NCBI RefSeq assembly: GCF_036321535.1
Contig: NC_087437.1
Coordinates: 95,296,001-95,360,000 of the forward strand
From: Camelus dromedarius
Lineage: Eukaryota
DNA length: 64,000 nt
Reading direction: 5' to 3'
How positions within the stretch are numbered: the first letter of the stretch is position 1; the number at the start of each line of letters is the position of its first letter. The translations under genes were made by a program, and so were the position numbers. A model generated the notes under the pieces. It worked only from the letters and a program-made list of their open reading frames with translations. It did not search any database and was not told the origin of the DNA. Shown piece by piece: positions 40,216 through 56,056 of the stretch.

Positions 40216-42671
40216 ATTAGTAACACAATTATATATTTTTAATTAGAGTAAGCATAAATATTGCAGCCTTTAAAAATATTCCAACATTTTATCATAAACA
40301 TCAAGTAGATGCATATGGTGATTGACCTTCTCAATCTAAATAGATAGGTGATGATGATAGAAGACTGATAGCAGTGTATTTAATCCATTTAAAAATCTTT
40401 CTTAGAGATATTTCACATATATGTAGAAAAGGGCTTTTTCTAAGACATTCCTTGAGACTGATGTCATTGTTGACGTTGGCCAGAGAATATGCCTACAAGA
40501 TATAGTAAATTCATTTCCAGGCAAATATCCTGTGTGGAAGAGTTGCTGCAGGAGACATGTAGTTAGCATAAGGGTTTGTATCCCTCGTTCCCACATAAGT
40601 CTTTGAGGTTTGAGGAGAGCTGGCATTTTATAAAAGAAACACAGATTCTGGCACATGTTATTAGACATGCTTCTGAGATTTAGGAAAGAGACCACCCGAA
40701 GTTTTTACTTGTCTAAGTGATTTGAACGTTTATATTTTCCTACTCAGATTCCCTGCATTTATTGGAAAGTCATATTCTTCCATTCATTTAATTAATCATT
40801 TGGTTTTCTTTCATTGAAACAAACCAAACTCTCTTCTGGATTTAGTTCATTAGCCAGTCAATCCTTTCAATTTCTTGGTCTGATTTCTCCATCAGTTATT
40901 CCAACCCTTAACTAAGGAATCAAATGCTCCTGTATGACAGTGTATGGAGGAGAATCTCTAGGCGATGAGGCACATGCCTGTTATTATACCTGGATAATGA
41001 TAGTGTTTACGAAATTCATGGGTAAACCACTCAATTACAATCAGAGTTCCTAAAAAAATTATAAGATTGAGCGTCAGCCTTACTAAATTGAACCTAAACC
41101 TGTTCCTCTAACTTCATTTTTTCCTTCCCTATAAGTTACAGGACTTTTGAAGGCATTTGACCTGATTTTTCCAATCTATAATTTCCTAGTGAAATGGTAT
41201 AATTTCTACTAAACCTCAATTTAAAATAAAGAGGAAGTATAGAAGAAAGCACACTAACCTGGAAGTTAGGAGATCTAATTGCTTTCTTCAGTTTTGTGAC
41301 CATGCAATCTTCAGCAAGTTGTTTTATGTATTCCTTTGTTAAAGAGATTTTATATTTGACTTTACAAACAAGTATAAATGTGTATACATACACAAATGTG
41401 CAAATTTATACATTTATATATTATATATTATAATATATATTACCATATATATTACAAATATGTATACATGCCTTAGATGCAATTGACCAGAAAATATTTA
41501 GCAAGAGAAAAGTACCCTTTCAAATCCTCACCTTCATTTAACAAAGAAATCGTATTCTTGCGAGCAGAGTGGTTGCCCTTGTGAACAACATCTGAATATG
41601 CTTTTTGATTCATGTTCACTTTAAGGAGTTATCCTCGGTGAGTGACATAAGTAACTAAATGTACTTTTAAAGAAAAGGGTAGAAATAATAAAACTGTCTT
41701 AAAAAGTGGATTATCCCTTATAAACTGTTAGATGTCTGGCTTGACATGTTCGCATCAATTTGAACTGAGACAAGAAAGGAGACTGATTAGGTGTTTCAGA
41801 CAGCTGGTAAGAAATGAACTTGAAAAGTGTAAACAGTAGGTAAAAAGACTTATTCAGTGTACTTTTTTCTCCAAGCATAAAGCACAGCCCCAAAACAAGG
41901 TTTTTTGTTTTGTTTGTTTTTTTTCAGGAAATAACTCCATCAGCACACCTAGTGTTTTCAGCTGCCATTGCTCTCAATGTAACTGACATAATTTTCTGAC
42001 ACTCTATTTACTGCTGGATGAAGTGGCCATTTAAGCCTGTATCAATCAAACAGTTTGGACAAAGCTGGCAGTATTTATAATGTCAGGATGAGCAGATGTT
42101 TCAAATTTGCCCTCATTTCCATATATATTCTGTTTGAACATGCCCTTGCCTATGTAAATGAAGGAGGCGTTCAATTCCACTATTGCTTTAAATTCATTTC
42201 TATTCAAATAATTGGGCTGAAGAGTTTAAATGGTTATAATTTGCATGGTAGCATTTCAGAAGCTTTTGAGTTAAATTGAAGTAATTTTAGGACCTGCCTT
42301 CATCAGGAGGTCCTTGTGTCTGTGATTAAAGTCCATGCACCTTTAAGCAGTCCTAATGGAGAACAAATATTTATTCCTACAATTTTAGATGTATGTTTAA
42401 TGTAAAGTGTAAAATGGCAGTTCATGAATTATTTTTAATAAGAAGGTTAATCTTAGAAGGTCAGGCAATTAAAAAAAAAATCTCTTTACAAAACTACACT
42501 ATTCCACTCTGTAAATATGCACTTAACAGCTTAGCTTCAATTGAGTTAAGGATGGGAACTGGGACATTATGTGTTATGGTACATAGGGAGTGGTGTAAAA
42601 TAATGCCAGCACTTGGGATATCAGCAAACTGTCTTAATTAGGACAATGACTGTGCGTTTGATTTGCTGTAA

Positions 42672-42818
<147 letters not shown>

Positions 42819-43148
42819 TGACCTTGTTCTAGTATTTCAGTCAGCAAAGATGAGTGCCACATATGTAAGAAAAGGAAACAAATTATTTAGTCACACAGCT
42901 GTCACTTTAAGAGAACTGAGAAATCTCTGAATGCCCTAAAAATTTCGGCAATGCAAGAGAAGACAAAATTTTCTGCTTTGTTTTAATTTTCACATATTCC
43001 TGCCAAGTTTTGGTACTGAGGGTGGTATATAGAATAGTAATTGTTTTGTCGTATGAAATTGACTTCTACTTCCAATTCAGTCACATTAAAAAAAAAAACT
43101 ACTTTTTTTCTCAACTTAATTCAATTAGTCATAACTTTTATTATTCAG

Positions 43149-43209
43149 ATATCTATAATTATATATTAAAATATATAAATATATCTATAATTATATATTA
43201 AATATAAAT
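43149..43209. repeat. Imperfect tandem duplication of an AT-rich unit of about 30 bp
   Basis: atatctataattatatattaaa... occurs at 43149 and again at 43181. Confidence 0.85.
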
Positions 43210-45062
43210 TTAACACAAAGATGAATATTAGTCAGTGGAATTTCTTGGAAAGCACCAGGAATCTGAAATGTCTTCCTCACTTCTTTCTGTTTTAAATCAT
43301 ATATGTATATATCAACTAAAGATTCATCAAACTGTATGAAAGTCTCTTTAACATAGATGTCATGTTGGCTATAGTTCAGTATATCCTAATGCTTCAAAAA
43401 CTATCATGTGATCACCATTCTGAAATTCTAAATTCACTATTGGGCTTTCTCTTATTAAAAAGGGGAGTTTTGAAACAATTTCACTTTAAATATAATAGGT
43501 AACTTTAAAATAGTTTTAAAAATACAACTTTTTTCTCATCTCTTAGTGACTTGCCTTCTTTAATAAATGGACACATTTCCTTTTACTTGTTTCTGATCCT
43601 TATAAAAAAAAAGTTCTCATTTATTTTTAATACAGTTATTCCTAACTTCTTTTATTTTTTTGTTTAAATCAACCTTGCATGTGTTGTTTTATGATGTTGC
43701 TTCTACTGTGTTCATACACATAGCACACAGGTAGTTTACTGGCTGCACTCACTCATCACTTGTAGGCAGTGCCATCAAGGTCACGTTTATTTTTACTTCG
43801 GTGGGAAAATACTAACTTGATTATAGTACAGAGGCTGTCGTTTGAAACCTAATACCGTGGTTGGTTCTAACACGTTTCATTTGGCCTCAGAGAACTAAAT
43901 TTGCTGACAGCAAATTAAAGACAAGAAAAAACAAAATATTTTAGTAGGACAGGAAGAATTGAAATTGTATTATATAAGAACATTTGTGTAGCAATAATAG
44001 TAAATCCATTAGAAGTTCTTAGTAGAGTAATATTTAAATGATTCATTTAGTTATTTAAATAAATTATTCATTGTTATTTAAAATCTATAGTTTGGTTTGA
44101 TTTAATGATGTAACTCCCTTTTTCCTAAAATTTTGCCATTAGATCCATATCCATATGTTAAAAGACACCTAAACTTTTAAAAAGTAGCAACTTTATTTGA
44201 TTAGAAGAAATACTGATATTTTTATTTCATAAAAAACAATGACATGACGTGCCATTTTGTATGAAATATACATTCCCTCCAGCGAGCATGATTTTTTGAT
44301 TCATAGAGAGAAATTTGTGCCACAAAATAACATCATGCATTGTCTTGAGTTTGTATTCAGGATAACTTTCTGCAGAAGTAAAATTCCATTATGAATTCTT
44401 AAATTCAATATTTAAATTTCAAAATAATCTATAACAGATATGCTCACCATTTAACAGGAAGAACAAGAAACTGTTACCAATTTGATAGAGATTACTGAGC
44501 TTTTATAATGGACAAGTAACAGAGATACTCATTATGGTACCAAAATGATATCCTTAAACTTAATTTGTCAGAATGTGCTTACATTTTAGTGTTGTTTACA
44601 TATTAAAAAACTTAGTGTTTATAATCCTAATAATCACATATATGTGAAACAAAACTTTTGACTTTGGTTAAATATGTAAAACTTCTAATTCTGATGATAT
44701 CTAATGGTCTTTGATATCTAGTATTGTTTGAAACATAATAAAAAGCACATATCATTACTTAGAATTTATTTAAATTATCAGGTGACCCTATTTAAGGCTA
44801 GATCATTAAACCTTGTGCATTTATGTTTATGTGTGTGCACATCTGTATACGTGGGTATGTGATGAAAGAATATTTAGCTTATTTGCGTATATATGTACGT
44901 ATGTGGCATGCATGTTTGTATATGTGTATGTGTAAATGTTTATGTATCTATTTATATATAAATATAAATAGACATATATATATATATATATATATATGCC
45001 AACATATTGGAAACTAGCAATTAACCTATTGTTATTCTTTCCTTCCAAATTCTGGATTCTAG

Positions 45063-45275
<213 letters not shown>

Positions 45276-46069
45276 TAGGGTCTGAAGAGAGTGCCAGTAA
45301 ATGTATTTGTTTTCAGCTTTGTAACGTTTCTTACAGCAATTTTGGTGTAAGACCAAAGAGGGTGTCGGTACAATGATGAAGTGTAAAATTATTCTTATTT
45401 TAACTTGACTGTACTGCAAACTTCTAGCATCAAATTAGATTCATAAAAGCATAGCAATTATATAAGGAAACGTTTACACTGAATAGTTGTACATAGGACT
45501 ATATTCATGTTTTGGAAAGTAAAAAGTTATTTTAAAAATCTCTTAGTGTGAACTATCATTCTTTTTCTTTCCTCTAAATTAAGGCGATAAGATGAATTGT
45601 TGACAAATCCAACTCACAATTCATGATAATGATTAAGTTTTTCTCAATAAGAGGGTTTTGTTCTTTTTATCAACTCCGCTAAACATGATTAACCAATGTC
45701 AAATATATTATAAAGTCATAGTAATGGAGAAAGTCTCCAAACCATAAGATGGAGAGAAGTAATAATTTGAGAAGAGAAAATAAGTAAACATATACACATA
45801 AAAATATATATACACATATGTATATAACAGGTTTCCCCCACTCTCTGAAAGTAGAGCATTCCTGTGAGAACATTTGTAAGCCAAAATGGCATAAAGCAAA
45901 GAAGCAATTACCTCTTTTCATAAAAGTAAAAATCCACTTCAGATTTACTTCAGTTAACCAAAACAGGTACTTAATGTAGTCTTTCATGAAAGCAAAATGG
46001 CATGAAATGAACTTTCAAAAAGTAGAGAGTAGGTGTATACACACATATGTACATAAAATAAACATAGAT

Positions 46070-47505
46070 ACATTTTGTTGCTGTATAGTATTCCACTGTG
46101 TAAATAGCTCACAGTTTATGTACTCTTTTCTTGATGGGCTGTTTCCAGTTTAGGGCTTTTATGAAGAAAGTTAAATATACCTGTACAAGTCTGTTGGTGG
46201 GCAGGAGCAATCAATTATCTTGCTTTGCCTTTTGGTGGATGCATATATTCATTTCCCTTTTTAAAAATTGTTCTCATATATTTCAGACACAAGTCTTTGT
46301 CAGGTATTCGTGTCATAAATATTTCTTCCCATTCTCTTGATGATGATTTTAAGGCTTAAGTAACTACTTTTAATGAGGACCAATGTATTATTTTTTCTTT
46401 TATACCTGCTGCTTTTTATTTCCTGTCCTACCTTGAGACCATGGGGATATTCTCCCATGTTTTTTCTGGAATCTTTATTGTCTATACTTTTGAGATTTAA
46501 GTTTTTAATCCTTCTTAAATAATTTTGTGTATGGTGTAAAATAAGGGTCAAAATTCCTTTCTTCCCTTATATGGATACTAATTGTTTCAGCATCACTTAT
46601 TGAAAAGACAGTCCTTTCCCCACTGAAGTGCAGTGGCATCTTAATCATAATTTAAATGAACATAAATGTGGTAATTCACGTCTATTCTCTTTTATTCCAT
46701 TAATCTATGTATGCAAGTGTATATACTCTAAATTATTATAGCTTTGTACTAAGCCTTACAAACTAGTAGTGTAAGTCTCCAACTTTTTCTTATCTTCATT
46801 TGGCTATTAGAAGTCTTCTGCATTTTCTTATAAATGTTAAAATCAGCTTGAAAATTCCCATGCTCATACAAACACACAAACACACACGTATCCTGGACAA
46901 ACAAAAAAATCTTTTTAAATTTTAGTTCCACCTAAATTATTGAACAATTTAAGGAGAATTAACATCCTAACAAATTGAGGCTTTCAATTTAGGGAAATGA
47001 CATATATTCCATATATAGATATAAATTTATTTTGATCTTTAATTCTTTCAACAATATTTTATATTTTTCAAAGTCTTACACACATTTTAACAGATTTATA
47101 CCTATAATGTTTCATGATTTTTGATGTGATTGCATATATATATATTTATATATACATATACATTTTATTATTGTATTGTTTGAGGCAAGATGTACGATTG
47201 ACTTTTGTAAAGAGCATCTTTGCTAAATCCACCCATTATGTCTAAGAGTTTGTAGATTGTTTTGAAATTTCTCTGAACACAATCTGTCAACTGCAAATAA
47301 ACCAGTTTACTTTTCTTTCCAATATGTAAACCTTTTACTTCTCTTTTCTTGTCCTATATTATCTGTGATCTCCAATATAATGAGTAGAATTGGTGATAAG
47401 GGACAAATTTTTCTTGATCCTAACTTCAAGGAGAAAGCATTTTCTATTTCACCAGTAAATATAATGTTGGCTAGGATATTATAGACACCCTTTTCAAATG
47501 CAAGG
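46070..47505 (-). mobile_element. Old L1 (L1M-type) ORF2/3' fragment
   Basis: tatggtgtaaaataagggtc...cagcatcacttattgaaaagacagtcctttcccc...ctgcaaataaaccagttt; decayed ORF2-like peptides in ORFs 46300-46551 and 46749-46931. Confidence 0.75.
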
Positions 47506-47854
47506 AAAAATTCAGGAGGAACTTTTTAAATACATTAATTTCATTATTTTGTTTCCCAGTATTCTCAAGATAAAGTTTATATTCCTTAATATCCTTTACA
47601 ATTCATCGTATGACCTCGACAGGCTTGGTTTTGAATACTATGTTTCTCACATGCCCAAATTTTATTGTGTTGGATAGGCTTTTCCTTTGTCTTAAGACTC
47701 CTGCGCATGCTCTTTCTACTGACTTGAAATTTCACTTCCTTCGAGAAGCATTCCCTAACTCCTTAAAAATTGGTTCTATGCCCCTACCTCCTGACATGTA
47801 TACACAGATTTTTCCTTTATTTTCCTATCTTCTCTGTTTATGTTTCTATATTCA

Positions 47855-48000
47855 TTAGACACTGAGTTCCATGAAAGTCGGACCCATATATGTCCAACTA
47901 GGTTAAATTTGTACCCAAAATCCACCAAAGTCTGACACATGGTAGACACTCAGTAGGTATTTTTTGAATAAGTGGATGAAACATAGAAGGAATGAATGAA
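47855..48000 (+). mobile_element. L2 3' tail
   Basis: tagacactgagttccatgaaag...tctgacacatggtagacactcagtagg...gaatgaatgaa. Confidence 0.65.
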
Positions 48001-49611
48001 CAGCTAGCTCTTGGTTAAGTCAGAATTCAAAATTAGGATTGTCTCACTCAAAAGTCCACACTCTTAACCCTGTCTTTGATACATATTAAATATCTAATAT
48101 CTTGACTCCAACAAGTTAGAATGACCTAAAATGTTTTTACAATTTCTTACATACATTACAGCTATTAAATGATGATTGTGAAGACCATGTAATGAATTTG
48201 ATAATCAATATATAGAAAAAGAACATAGAATTATATATATATATGTATAACTGCAACTTTATAAAGCAACTTATATGTAAAGATGTACATGGAAAAAGGC
48301 CAAATAAATTATGATAAAATATTTTCAAGTTATCTCTTACTATTCTCATAATTAATCATTGAAAGCAAAACTTTCTACTTTCTATGCCCTTCGACATGGC
48401 TTTATCATGAATTGTTTGTTACATTTGTGAGAATAGATCAAGTGTATCAACTTTTGCTAAACTAAAATGAAAACAAAACCCCTAAATTTGTGGATTGGGG
48501 GTCCATGCCTAGTAGGCAATTCACTCCTAACACCAAAGGTCCTATTTCATCTTACAGTCTCTGGGGAGATTTAAGGTGGTTTTGTGTTTGCTGTGGTGGT
48601 ACTGTATTTTTAGTTTAGTTTTATTTTTTTGGAGTCCATAGATAGTGTACAAACAACTTACAACTGTGAACTACTTCTTCGTAAGTGAACTGTACTATTC
48701 TGAGTGCTGACAATATCAGTATTTACATACTATCAAGTCCAATCAAGAGGACAGGTAGCAGGCAGAGTGCTTTCTGAATTCTATTTGACTTTAGTTTCCT
48801 GACCTTCTTTCTTTATTGTTTGCAAACAGAACAAAGGCAGAGGCAGGAGAAAGCGTGAGGCCCAGAGTATGGTAGAGTAGCAGCTGTCTTTGAAATGTTG
48901 TTTTTCTGTAGCCGAGGTCTACCCCAAAGAGCAGTTGACTCAGGAACACAGAAGTGCATATCACCTATTTAATTGAAAATGTTTCTTCTCTTTATTGCTA
49001 GAATGTAAGGAAAAGTAGTTAATGATGATTAAATGATGAGTAAAGTTTAAAATCACTTGCATTAATCTCTCAAAAGCTATTGATACACAATGGAAAGAGT
49101 TTTAACTTTCAATTACTAATGATTTCCGATGACTAACTTTCTGATTTCGACAAGTCACTCGAGCTTTCAATGTTTCAGTTCCCTAATTGCTGACATGAGA
49201 TATTTTACAGCCTAACTCATAGGTTTTTGAGATATGTTTGCAAACAGATGGCAGTTGTGATTATAACTCTGATGTTTGTTGGTATATAAATGTCAATTTT
49301 ACATACTTAAACCAGTCTGTGTGTATGTAATTGTCTTCTTTTTTCATGCAGAATTATTTTATAAACATATTTATATGTATTAACATAGTCTTTACATGAT
49401 CATTATTTTTGATGTGACAAAATTACCTCTGATGATATACCCTCATTTTAGGATCTTTAAATCTTTCATTGAACATGGAGGGAAATAGGTAAACTCTGTA
49501 AACTTTTGTAAACTCTGCTCTAACAGGGGCGTATCACCCTTTACTCTGCTCATACCGACTCCACCGCCACCACTGTCACCACTATGCTGATGCTGACTCA
49601 TAAGAAGTTAC

Positions 49612-50020
49612 AGTTATTCAGTGGCTCCTTTGTGCCAGGCACTGTGCTAAGAATTTTTCATTAAGAATTTTCCAGCAATTTCAAATCTGATATCTCATTT
49701 TACAGATGAGGAAACTGAGGCAGAGAATGGTGAAAAGTTATGCCCAAACCCCTCTGATGCAAACTAGCAGAAATGAGATTTAAAACAAAAGTTTTCACTG
49801 TCCAATATGGTAGCCACTTGGCACATGAGACCATTTAAGTTAGAATGAAAATTACTTAAAATTAAACTAAGTTACACATTCAGTTCCTCAATCACACCAG
49901 CCACTCTCAGGTGCTCAGTAGCCACTGGAATCTCTTGGCTTCTATATTAGGGAACAGATGTGGAACATTTTTATTTCACAGTGCTATATCTTTCTGATTC
50001 CAAAGTCCATGCATTTAACT
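49612..50020 (-). mobile_element. MIR interrupted by a MER3-like hAT element (about 49796-49985)
   Basis: cattttacagatgaggaaactgaggcagaga (MIR), then ctgtccaatatggtagccact...tcagttcctca...gtgctcagtagccac (MER3), then ctgattccaaagtccatgc (MIR resumes). Confidence 0.7.
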
Positions 50021-52358
50021 TTCTTTAAACTGAATTTCTGTTTCTTACACATCCTATTTTATTAGCTGATAATTCATTCAAATAATCCAAATGTAAGATG
50101 TTAGAATCTTTATTTGAAGTTTTCCTCATAAACCCTAAATTTAGGGTTGACTTCTGTATGTACTACACACTTTAGTTTGTGTAAATTTAAACATTTCATC
50201 AGTATTTTATTCTAATATGTAACAACACTAATCATTTTCTCTACCTAAAAATGTAAAATTGCTCTTATGAACTTTTCCTCCTCTTACTTACATATTATAG
50301 TTTTATAGAAAAGGATAAGTGGATAGCACAATTCATATAAATGTCTAGCTTTTTGCAATTAGCAAGGCACTTTCATATTTATTATTCCACTTAAATCATA
50401 GCAATCTCCTGAGCTGGTTAGAACAAGTATTATTATCCTCATGTTACAGATAAAACACTGAGGCTTATATAATTTAAGGAACTTGCCCAAAGACACATGA
50501 CAGATGGTGTAGCCTGATAATCAACACTACTCCTCTTTTCTTTATTTTTGTCAACTGCCCAGTGTAAACCAGGAAGAAATCAATAACAGAGAAACATCAT
50601 TAAACTGTGTTGGGACAGGATAAGGAGGTATGGATGATGCTAAATATGATGTAAACATCAAAGAACTGTAAAGATACAGAAACTTGAATAAATCCCCAGA
50701 TGTTGGATTGTTTCTAAATATAACAGGACTACCGAATGTAAACCTCTCCATTACTGGACTTCATTATAATCAGTTATAGAGAACCACTCTGTTACTAATT
50801 TAATTAATTATTATTTATTCTTATAATCAAGGGAACACAGGTGGCAGATTCTTATAAAAACCCCAATGCAATAAAATACTATCATTATTTTTTCATGCTT
50901 ACCAGGAGGGGCCTCTAATTTGATTGTAGCCAATCTCAACAGATAATGTAGAAAAGATTAAACAAGTCTAAGCAAAGGAATTATTGGCTTATATTTTTTC
51001 ATCCGTGGAGTATCTAAAACACTCCTGCCAAGTTTCAAGCTCCAGCCTTCTAATATGCCCTCAGCCTCCAGTATTAACAGATTTCACACCAGCAACCAAG
51101 GGTGGAAGGGAACTGGAGGAGCGGCGTGAAAATGCACAGTTACTGATTTCACTCTCTGCTTTCTCATTTTTCTGAGATTGAATGCCCCAAACTAATAATT
51201 ACTGCATGAAAAATGAGGGACAAATGGAAGTGTGACTCCAGCTTGTAAAAAATCTTTGGTGCATAAGACTTTGAACATGACACATCCAGCTTTGCAAACG
51301 GTTGCATCCAAAATGTAGTTACTCTGGCAACCAGTTTTCTTTAATCAGGCAACTTCTTAGATTTGTCTTTTGAATATTTGTGACTTAATAAATTGTTAAC
51401 TGATATTCAGAATTTTTAAGTTTAATAATGAAAAATTAACTTTTATTTTTAGTGTTCATTCATTTAAAAAACTACTTAAGGAATTTCACCTAAATTGCCC
51501 AGGTCAGGGGCTCAGAACATCTCTCTAATGCAGGATTTATTGTAGTTCCACTACAATCGTTTTGGATTTTCCCTTAGATTATGACTTTATTATCTCAGAT
51601 AAAGTTTTTAGATTTTTTTTTTGTATAATAATAAGAATAATTTTTATACGTTATAGAAATGCCTCCCATTGTTTCCTTTCATAGGACATTAAAACTATTA
51701 ATTTAATAGAATTAGCAGAAGTGTCTTCCCAGTCCTATAATTCTGATATGGAAGTGTGATATTCCCTGGGCTAGGATATCAGCTTGAGTTACAGTTTTGG
51801 ATTAGCCTACCAACAATATATTTGGACAGTTTTCCAATTTCTCTGAATTCATTTGGCTTGGGAAATTTTAACTATGTATTCATTTAATAGAAAAAATTCC
51901 AAGGTAAAAAGAGCTTAATTGTATTGATTTGTCAGTTATCAAAGTCCAAAGCACTTTTTGAATATGAAATTGTCAAACATGGTGATATACCATTATTTTT
52001 TTCTGTTGGACACAGAACGATTACCAAGTTGGCTTTGGTTCATTTATGAAAATTTGTCTCATAGGTTTCCTTGGGATAAATGGTCTTTTTGTTGTGTCTT
52101 GTATTTTACATAGTTTAAAGATGAAAAAGTACAACATTCAGCTTCTCACCGCTGTGCATCTACGTCACCATCCACAGTCCTTATTTAGCCTCTGGACTCT
52201 TCAGTTAAATAGGTCCCTTGACAATGCAGCAAGCCTAGTCAGTGGTTGGCCATGTGAAAGGAGTACATGGTGTCTCATTTTAATATTCTGAATCAGTACA
52301 TCACAGAAATGCATTCTGAATAGTGCATGTCTCCTACATCAATTACTTGTTTAATTAG

Positions 52359-52781
<423 letters not shown>

Positions 52782-54138
52782 TAATTTGATGCTTTATTTT
52801 TTCAGACATTTCACTATGCATTTAAGATGGCTTTCTCATAATTTAGCCCATGGCAATTAATTTAAGGTTTTATATGGAGGAGAAAAAGGTGAGGATTTGC
52901 AGGAGAAAAAGAAAAAAAACCCCTCCCAACTAGTGATATGATGCTTTCATCCCATAAAGCATTTTTCAAAGACATTTTCCAGTACCATATTAGGTGCAGT
53001 GTACTTGGACAGTTCTTCTACTGTGAATATCTGGTTCAGCATTTTGCAGTTACAGAATACTATGCATGCAAACAAAAACTATAAAGCAATGTACACATTG
53101 AATGTACATTTCAAATCAGATTGCTAAATGATGAAAGGCCTCAGGTTTGTGGGAACAATTTACGGAGTTACCTTCCCAGGGCCTCACATCCCATACCTGT
53201 TCTTTCAGGACTGTGTTGTTTTGTTTTGATTTTTCTTTTTCATTCTAGGTCAAGATCAGACAAGCTTATGAGACATATGAAAGAATAGCCTTGACAGCAA
53301 TAAACATAAATTTCAATTGCTTTACTGCCTATTGTGGGCGGCTTCTTTGGAGTTTTGGATCAACATAGCAGTTCATTTTATGTGCCACAAAATTTAATAT
53401 GTTGTACTTTTTTTGTGACAACGATTGTGACTTTGTTATTACAATTGCCAGAGCAAGATGACAGCATTCTTGCTTTATCCAACTTTACTTTATGATAGAG
53501 TTATTACCTTAAGCAAAGGTATATGGGTTCATTATGCTAGTGGTGATTTTAATGTTGAACATATGATCTGTGTTTGTTTTCTGGCAGTCAGTCTTTCTAA
53601 GGAAAGAAAGGGCATTATTCCAGCTGGGGTTTGACTTTATACTTATTAAACTGTCTTAAGTTACAGGTTAAAAAAATAAAATGGGGAAAAAAAGTGAATG
53701 CTTTAAGAAGAAATCAGTTTTTGTCAATCTGTTTTCTATAAATATCTATCTCCAATATCCATATGGGTGTAACTCAGATAAAATATAAATAGCAAGAATA
53801 GGCATTGGCTAAACTTTATTAAACTTATTATGTGACTTATTAAATATAAAGTATAAACTAGTAATAAAGATTAACCCTTTGATTTTTAACTTATATACCT
53901 CATTGTGTACTGCCTCCAAAACTGAAAATGGTGACACGTTAATGCATTTAAATATTATATTTTTATTATACAATTAGAATAGCCTTTTTTGTCTTCTGTC
54001 TTCAAGCAATAATTTACTTCACGTTCAGTAAAAACAAATTGAGAGTAAGTTTCTGTCTAGTGCATTTTAATGCAGTTATCCATATTCATGGGCCATATAC
54101 AAAACTAGAATTGCTTTTCCAGCCCAGTGAGCTCTTGA

Positions 54139-54279
<141 letters not shown>

Positions 54280-54352
54280 TAAAACAAAGCTTGAAATATA
54301 GTTGTTTACCTACTGGCAAAAAGATGAAGCAGATGTCCTGATGCCTGAGTAG

Positions 54353-54604
<252 letters not shown>

Positions 54605-54697
54605 TAGAGCGAAGATGATGTTTCCTAGTTGTTGTTCTTTTTTTTTTTTTAATTTACCATTAAACATGCACGTTCTAACTTGTGTCTCTGTCCTTAG

Positions 54698-54864
54698 CCA
54701 TGCATCTGGTAGCAGCTGGCAGACTGTAGCAGAGAATGTGAAAATGGAAACATTTGCCGTTAAAGGACTCAAACCTAATGCAATTTACCTTTTCCTTGTG
54801 AGGGCAGCAAATGCATATGGAATTAGTGATCCAAGCCAGATATCAGATCCAGTGAAAACACAAG
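54698..54864 (+). CDS. ROBO1: ROBO1 coding exon, second half of FN3-1 ([55 protein letters not shown])
   Basis: ttctaac branch motif (54673-54679), ccttag acceptor, AAG|gtaaat donor; 167 nt, phase 2 to 1; preceded by a 94-nt intron. Confidence 0.97.
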
Positions 54865-55847
54865 GTAAATCTTGATTTACTCAACCTTGTGACACCTACT
54901 TATCTTTAGATGTTTTAATTTTACAGGTAAATCTTTTGTACTACATTCTAGGATTGCATATTTAACATAAATCTGCTGTCCAAGTTGCTCTTAATTTTTA
55001 ATACACAGTATCTGCAAACTTTCTTATTTTTCTGGACTAAGCACTCCAAGACTAGATTAATAACAGAGAAATGTTTCTCATTTTATAAAATCACAAATCC
55101 AATGAGGAAAAATAGTATGCAAATATTTTTGTGTTATATTCAATTTCTTGATTTTTAAATATGATTATTGTGTCGGTGTAAAATCTTAATCACATAATTG
55201 TATTTAAAATTGAGTAGTTTTATTTATGTTGAGTTTAATACTCATGACCTTCTGGATGAGTTTTGAATATTACAACCATAGTCAAGTAATACTGTCTGGA
55301 AATCACACAAATGTAAGAGATAGTCATCGGATGAACTTATTCTTAATCCCTCTGTCCAGTCAACCTCTTACAAAGCATGGAAAAAACATAATTTAGGTCG
55401 GTATGTTGTTTGGCCTGTCTTTCCTTGCCAATTATGTGGGCCTTGATATATTAAACTTTTAAATGGAAATCATGTATATTTTCGTCAAAAGCTGGGTGAA
55501 ACAGATAAAAGGAAAAATGAACATATTTAAGCTGCTTCTAAAAACATTTGAAATTGGAAATTTTTTCACTTGAACTACTTTCTGGATACACTGTTTTTTT
55601 TATTGTCTTTTGTGAATAGAAATTATTTTTAGCTTTCAACGGACAGATTATTATCTCCTATCCACCCTCTTGCTCCTCCTACTATTTTAATGCTTTAATA
55701 GTAGTAAAATTTATATATTGAAAACAAGATGAATATGAATCAACTTTTACCTTTTTTTGAAATATTGTCATTACAATTAAAATATGCTTGTCCTTGTACT
55801 AGTAAAGAATGGTAATTCTAGATGCTAGAAATTAGAAATATAAAATT

Positions 55848-56056
55848 CCATTTTTATTGGAATAAAGTTGATTTACAATGTTGTGTTAGTTTCAGGTATA
55901 CAGAAAAGTGATTCACTTATCCAAATATCTATATATCTATTATTTTTCAGATTCTTTTCCATTATAGGTTATTATAAGATACTGAGTATAGTTTCCTGTG
56001 CTATATAGTAGGTTTTTGTTGTTTATCTGTTTTATATATATAGTAGTTTGCATCTG
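55848..56056 (-). mobile_element. L1 3' end with TSD
   Basis: gttgatttacaatgttgtgttagtttcaggt...; TSD ttagaaatataaaatt (55832-55847) and ttagaaatataagatt (56057-56072). Confidence 0.8.

Noticed and set aside
42136..42151. p53-family half-site GAACATGCCC
   Set aside because: Only one full half-site; not enough for a response-element call
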